Shown here piece by piece: positions 59,946-64,000 of a DNA stretch of 64,000 nucleotides. Location of the stretch: positions 38,263 to 102,262 of the forward strand of contig JBFXLE010000013.1 in assembly GCA_050173015.1 (NCBI GenBank), written 5' to 3'. Both the position numbers and the translations under genes were made by a program. The notes below the pieces were generated by a model, which was not told where the DNA came from, did no database searches, and saw only the letters and a list, made by a program, of their open reading frames with translations. The stretch is from Calditrichaceae bacterium (GTDB lineage Bacteria > Calditrichota > Calditrichia > Calditrichales > JBFXGD01). The first letter of the stretch is position 1. Every line of letters starts with the position of its first letter.

Positions 59946-61283
59946 GTGAAAGTTGCAGTGGTTGGCACCGGCTATGTCGGACTCGTCGCCGGTACCTGTT
60001 TCGCCGATACCGGTAACGAAGTAATCTGTGTAGATGTGAATGAAACAAAAATTGAGATGTTAAACCGGGGTGAGATTCCTATTTATGAACCTGGTCTGGA
60101 AGAGATGATCAAACGCAATGTGCGTGAAGAGCGTTTGAAATTTGTAACCGATATTAAGAGCGCAATTCAGGAATCAAAAATTATTTTCATCGCCGTGGGC
60201 ACCCCGCCCGATGAAGATGGTTCCGCTGATCTGAAATATGTTCTCGCGGTGGCGGCGGATATCGGAAAGTACATGAACGGCTATAAAGTGGTTGTCGATA
60301 AAAGCACGGTTCCCGTGGGCACCGCTGAAAAAGTAAGAGCGGAAATTAAGAAGCATTCGGATCATGAGTTTGCCGTGGTTTCTAACCCGGAATTTCTTAA
60401 AGAAGGCGCGGCAATCAACGATTTTATGCAGCCCGACCGGGTAATCGTGGGAACCAGCGATACAGAAGCGCAGGAGATTATGAAGAATCTTTACGCGCCT
60501 TTTGTACGAACGGGAAAGCCCATTATTATCATGGATGAGAAAAGCGCGGAACTGACCAAATACGCGGCGAATTCTCTGTTAGCGACAAAGATTTCCTTTA
60601 TGAACGAAATGGCAAATTTATGTGATCTTATGGACGCGAATATTGAAATGGTCCGAAAGGGGATTGGTTCGGATCGCCGTATTGGGCCATATTTCATATT
60701 TCCCGGGACAGGGTATGGCGGATCATGTTTTCCGAAAGATGTGAAAGCCATCATTAAAACTGCCCAGGAATACGGTACTAAATTGAATGTTCTTCAGGCC
60801 GTCGAAGACGTGAATGACCGGCAGAAAACAGTGCTTTTAAATAAAATAAAAACCTATTTCGATGGCGATCTCAAAGGCAAAACCTTCGCGATCTGGGGAC
60901 TGGCTTTCAAACCTAAAACTGATGATATGCGTGAAGCGCCGGCCATCTCAATGATTGAGGCGTTCGCCGCTGAAGGCGCAAAAATTCAGGCGCATGATCC
61001 TGAAGCGCTGAAGGAAGCAAAACGAATATTTAAAGACAGGGTTGGAAAAGAAATAACCCTATTCGACAAACGATATGACGCGCTTGAAGGCGCCGATGCC
61101 CTTGTCATCATGACGGAGTGGAATGAGTTCAGGGAACCTGATTTTTATCTCATAAAAGACCTGTTAAATAATCCAGCCATATTTGACGGTAGAAATCTAT
61201 ATAATCCGGAGCGAATGAAAAATTTTGGTATAGATTATTATTCAATCGGACGTCCGGATCTTAAATTTAACACGAAAGTTTGA
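59946..61283 (+). CDS. ugd: UDP-glucose 6-dehydrogenase
   Basis: GTGYVG, SNPEFLKEG, KYAAN, GYGGSCFPKD, GLAFKPKTDDMRE. Confidence 0.93.
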   Translation: MKVAVVGTGYVGLVAGTCFADTGNEVICVDVNETKIEMLNRGEIPIYEPGLEEMIKRNVREERLKFVTDIKSAIQESKIIFIAVGTPPDEDGSADLKYVLAVAADIGKYMNGYKVVVDKSTVPVGTAEKVRAEIKKHSDHEFAVVSNPEFLKEGAAINDFMQPDRVIVGTSDTEAQEIMKNLYAPFVRTGKPIIIMDEKSAELTKYAANSLLATKISFMNEMANLCDLMDANIEMVRKGIGSDRRIGPYFIFPGTGYGGSCFPKDVKAIIKTAQEYGTKLNVLQAVEDVNDRQKTVLLNKIKTYFDGDLKGKTFAIWGLAFKPKTDDMREAPAISMIEAFAAEGAKIQAHDPEALKEAKRIFKDRVGKEITLFDKRYDALEGADALVIMTEWNEFREPDFYLIKDLLNNPAIFDGRNLYNPERMKNFGIDYYSIGRPDLKFNTKV

Positions 61284-61311
61284 TCCGGACTTATAACGAA
61301 CGGGAGTATCT

Positions 61312-62622
61312 ATGAATCTTCTTGATAAAATTAATTCGAAGGAAGCGGTTATCGGTGTTGTCGGTTTGGGTTATGTCGGCCTCCCCCTGCTGATGGAATT
61401 TGTTGAACAGGGATTTAAAACGATTGGTTTCGATGTGGACGGACGCAAAGTAGAAATGCTCAATGCCGGTAAATCATACATTAAACACATTGACGAAAAT
61501 AGAGTCAAATCGGTCAGGGAAACCAATATTTTTGAAGCCACAAATGATTTTGGCAGGATTAAGGATGCGGATTGTATCTTGATCTGCGTGCCGACACCTC
61601 TGACACGTCATCGCGAACCGGATATGTCTTTTATTACCGGAACGGCTCAAACTTTGGCAAAGCACATCCGTAAGGGACAGTTCATCGTCCTTGAAAGCTC
61701 AACCTATCCCGGAACTACGGAAGAAGTTCTGAAACCGATACTGGAAGAGTCGGGACTAAAAGGTGACAGTGATTTCTGGGTAGCGTTTTCACCGGAAAGA
61801 GAAGATCCAAATAATCCTAAATATAACACCCGCACTATTCCGAAGGTCGTCGGCGCGAATACGGAATACGCCCGGCAGCTGGCCATGGCGCTGTATGAAA
61901 AAGTTATCGTAAAAACAATTCCGGTTTCCAGCAGTCAGGCGGCGGAAGCGACAAAACTTTTGGAAAATATTTTTCGAAGCGTCAATATCGCGCTTGTCAA
62001 TGAAATGAAAATGATCCTTGACCGGATGGGGATTGATGTGTGGGAAGTTATCTATGCCGCTTCGACCAAACCTTTCGGATATATGCCGTTTTACCCGGGG
62101 CCGGGTTTGGGAGGTCACTGTATTCCGATCGATCCGTTTTATCTTACCTGGAAAGCCCGGGAATTTGAAATTAATACCCGGTTTATAGAGTTGGCCGGTG
62201 AAGTTAATACTTCCATGCCATTCTGGGTAGTGTCAAAAGTGATGGACGCGCTCAATGATCACGGTAAAAGTTTGAAGGGTTCGAAAATTCTGGTTCTGGG
62301 CGCGGCTTATAAAAAGGATATTGATGATCCGCGTGAATCGCCATCCTTTAAACTAATGGAAATTCTGCTTGAAAAAGGCGCGGTGGTGGACTACAATGAT
62401 CCGTTAATTCCGACTCTTCCGGATATGCGGATGTATGACATCAAGAAGAAGAGCGTCGATTTAACCGCTGAAAATCTGGCGGGATATGATTGTGTGCTCA
62501 TCTCAACCGATCACTCTGTCTATGACTGGGAATTTATCACGCGGAATTCAAAGTTGGTTGTCGATACACGCAACGCCACCAAGGATTTGACTGAAAACCG
62601 GGAAAAAATTGTCAAGGCTTAA
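61312..62622 (+). CDS. UDP-N-acetylhexosamine dehydrogenase (WbpA/WecC-like)
   Basis: GLGYVGLP, CVPTP, ESSTYPGTT, FSPEREDP, GLGGHCIPIDP, YKKDIDDPRESP. Confidence 0.9.
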   Translation: MNLLDKINSKEAVIGVVGLGYVGLPLLMEFVEQGFKTIGFDVDGRKVEMLNAGKSYIKHIDENRVKSVRETNIFEATNDFGRIKDADCILICVPTPLTRHREPDMSFITGTAQTLAKHIRKGQFIVLESSTYPGTTEEVLKPILEESGLKGDSDFWVAFSPEREDPNNPKYNTRTIPKVVGANTEYARQLAMALYEKVIVKTIPVSSSQAAEATKLLENIFRSVNIALVNEMKMILDRMGIDVWEVIYAASTKPFGYMPFYPGPGLGGHCIPIDPFYLTWKAREFEINTRFIELAGEVNTSMPFWVVSKVMDALNDHGKSLKGSKILVLGAAYKKDIDDPRESPSFKLMEILLEKGAVVDYNDPLIPTLPDMRMYDIKKKSVDLTAENLAGYDCVLISTDHSVYDWEFITRNSKLVVDTRNATKDLTENREKIVKA

Positions 62623-62640
62623 ATAGATCACATATCAGAT

Positions 62641-62668
62641 AAGGCGGACGTGTTCCGCCTTTTTTTTT
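62641..62668 (+). terminator. Intrinsic terminator
   Basis: AAGGCGGA-CGTGT-TCCGCCTT followed by a T run. Confidence 0.85.
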
Positions 62669-62719
62669 GTATTTAGTTCACTATTTTTGTCAGAAATAAC
62701 AAGATGAGGTAATTGGGAG

Positions 62720-62926
62720 ATGAATATACAAATATCGGATACACCCCGTGAGAATCTTGAGAACTATATGCGGGAATCCGGCTTTACATCAGTTGAAGAT
62801 CGGGTTTTATATTTACTTCAGGATTTTATTGATCGAACCGAGGATAGCGGTGAAAAAGGATATTCTGATAATGAATCCGATGAGATCAAAAATCCTCCCG
62901 GAGATCTGGAGTATTCGTCATGTTGA
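62720..62926 (+). CDS. Small acidic hypothetical protein (RHH/CopG-like N-terminus, possibly degenerate)
   Basis: GAGG upstream; SGFTSVED..LYLL pattern; overlaps the start of the PHP gene. Confidence 0.45.
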   Translation: MNIQISDTPRENLENYMRESGFTSVEDRVLYLLQDFIDRTEDSGEKGYSDNESDEIKNPPGDLEYSSC

Positions 62927-63780
62927 TCGATCTTCATATGCATACCAATTATTCTGACGGTTCTTACTCACCTGAAGAACTTATCGATTATGTCAGCGGG
63001 CGCGATTTAGGCATCATTGCCGTTACTGATCATGATGAAACCGGCGGTGTGATTCCGGCAAGGGAGTACGGGAAAAAAAGAGGAGTGGAAGTAATACCGG
63101 GAGTTGAACTCAGTATTGATATAGAGTTAACCGGCGCGGCGCATCTTCATTTGCTCGGACTGATGTTCGATCCGGGAAATGTCACATTAAAAAACGAATT
63201 AGCCCAATTGAAAAAAGCGCGGGAAGAGCGCGCGTTTATGATCGTCCAAAAATTGCGGGAAGCAGGGTTACCGATAGAAGCCGGTGATCTGGTTGATGCT
63301 GTTGGACAGGGGAGCGCGGGTCGTCCGCATATTGCGGAGATACTTATAAAAAGGGGCGTGGTCAGTGATATTTATGAGGCCTTCAGCACCTACTTAAGCA
63401 AAGGAAGGCCGGGGTATGTGCCAAAGAAAAAACTAAAACTGGCTCCCGCCATTGAATTGATTCATGGAGCGGGTGGACTGGCGATACTCGCGCATCCGGT
63501 AAGCCTGAAATGTAAAACTTACCGCGAACTGGGTGAAAAAATAATCGAAATGAAATCCGTCGGACTCGATGGCATTGAGGCTTACTATCCCGGACATGAC
63601 AAATATTTGACGAAATGGCTGGTCACATTCGCCGGGAAGAATCATTTGCTCCTTTCCGGAGGCTCTGATTTTCACGGCTCGGCCAAACCGGATGTGGAAC
63701 CCGGGATCGGAAGAGGCAGCCTTGATATTCCAACGGATCTCGTGGAGAGGATGAGGGAGGAAGTAAGAAGTAGGAAGTGA
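62920..63780 (+). CDS. PHP-domain metal-dependent phosphoesterase (YciV/TrpH-like)
   Basis: DLHMHTNYSDG, TDHD, GVELS, GRPHIA, LAHP, GGSDFHG. Confidence 0.93.
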   Translation: MLIDLHMHTNYSDGSYSPEELIDYVSGRDLGIIAVTDHDETGGVIPAREYGKKRGVEVIPGVELSIDIELTGAAHLHLLGLMFDPGNVTLKNELAQLKKAREERAFMIVQKLREAGLPIEAGDLVDAVGQGSAGRPHIAEILIKRGVVSDIYEAFSTYLSKGRPGYVPKKKLKLAPAIELIHGAGGLAILAHPVSLKCKTYRELGEKIIEMKSVGLDGIEAYYPGHDKYLTKWLVTFAGKNHLLLSGGSDFHGSAKPDVEPGIGRGSLDIPTDLVERMREEVRSRK

Positions 63781-63960
63781 GAAGTAGGAAGTAGGAAGGA
63801 TAAGAAAAAAGATAAAAGAAAAAAGATTAAGAACGGTCTGAACTCGGATTAATATGATTAAATGATTAAGATGATTAAGAAACCGGAAATCAGAGTTTTC
63901 ATTTAGTCAAACGAATCATAGTTCAGACAAATAAAGTAAGAAGTAGGAAGTGGGAAGTAG
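63760..63960 (+). repeat. GAAGTAR heptamer tracts flanking a 93-bp element with terminal inverted repeats (copy 2)
   Basis: Element 63836-63928 has the same length as, and is closely similar to, 29726-29818; heptamers at 63760-63794 and 63933-63960. Confidence 0.85.
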
Positions 63961-64000
63961 GAATTTAAAAACTTTAAGAGAAAGGAGTGTAAGAGTCGGG

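Overview
A 64-kb, gene-dense bacterial chromosome segment that is mostly housekeeping: ktrB/ktrA-like, tRNA-Arg(CCG), proS, bshC, add, gap-pgk-tpiA-secG-tRNA-Leu(GAG), rlmD, gltX, uvrA, plsY, gcvT, comB, ftsK-lolA and the start of a capsule/EPS locus. The gene content suggests an FCB-related diderm such as Calditrichota; this is an inference and was not tested. No transposase, integrase, cas or rRNA gene is visible. Main points of interest: (1) a 1.57-kb non-coding array of seven full and one partial 208-214-bp units, built from nested inverted repeats with strictly alternating loop types, starting on the first base after the stop codon of a DUF72 gene; (2) a candidate ceramide biosynthesis cluster (SPT, GNAT bCerS-like, CerR-like reductase); (3) a REC/DUF4388/degenerate MglA-like pseudo-GTPase operon; (4) a His-less pseudo-histidine kinase coupled to an intact sigma54 activator, plus a candidate sigma54 promoter with paired enhancer-like sites in front of an unknown lipoprotein; (5) two copies of a 93-bp element with terminal inverted repeats, embedded in GAAGTAR heptamer tracts at gene 3' ends. 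All product calls come from motifs read by eye; no database searches were run.
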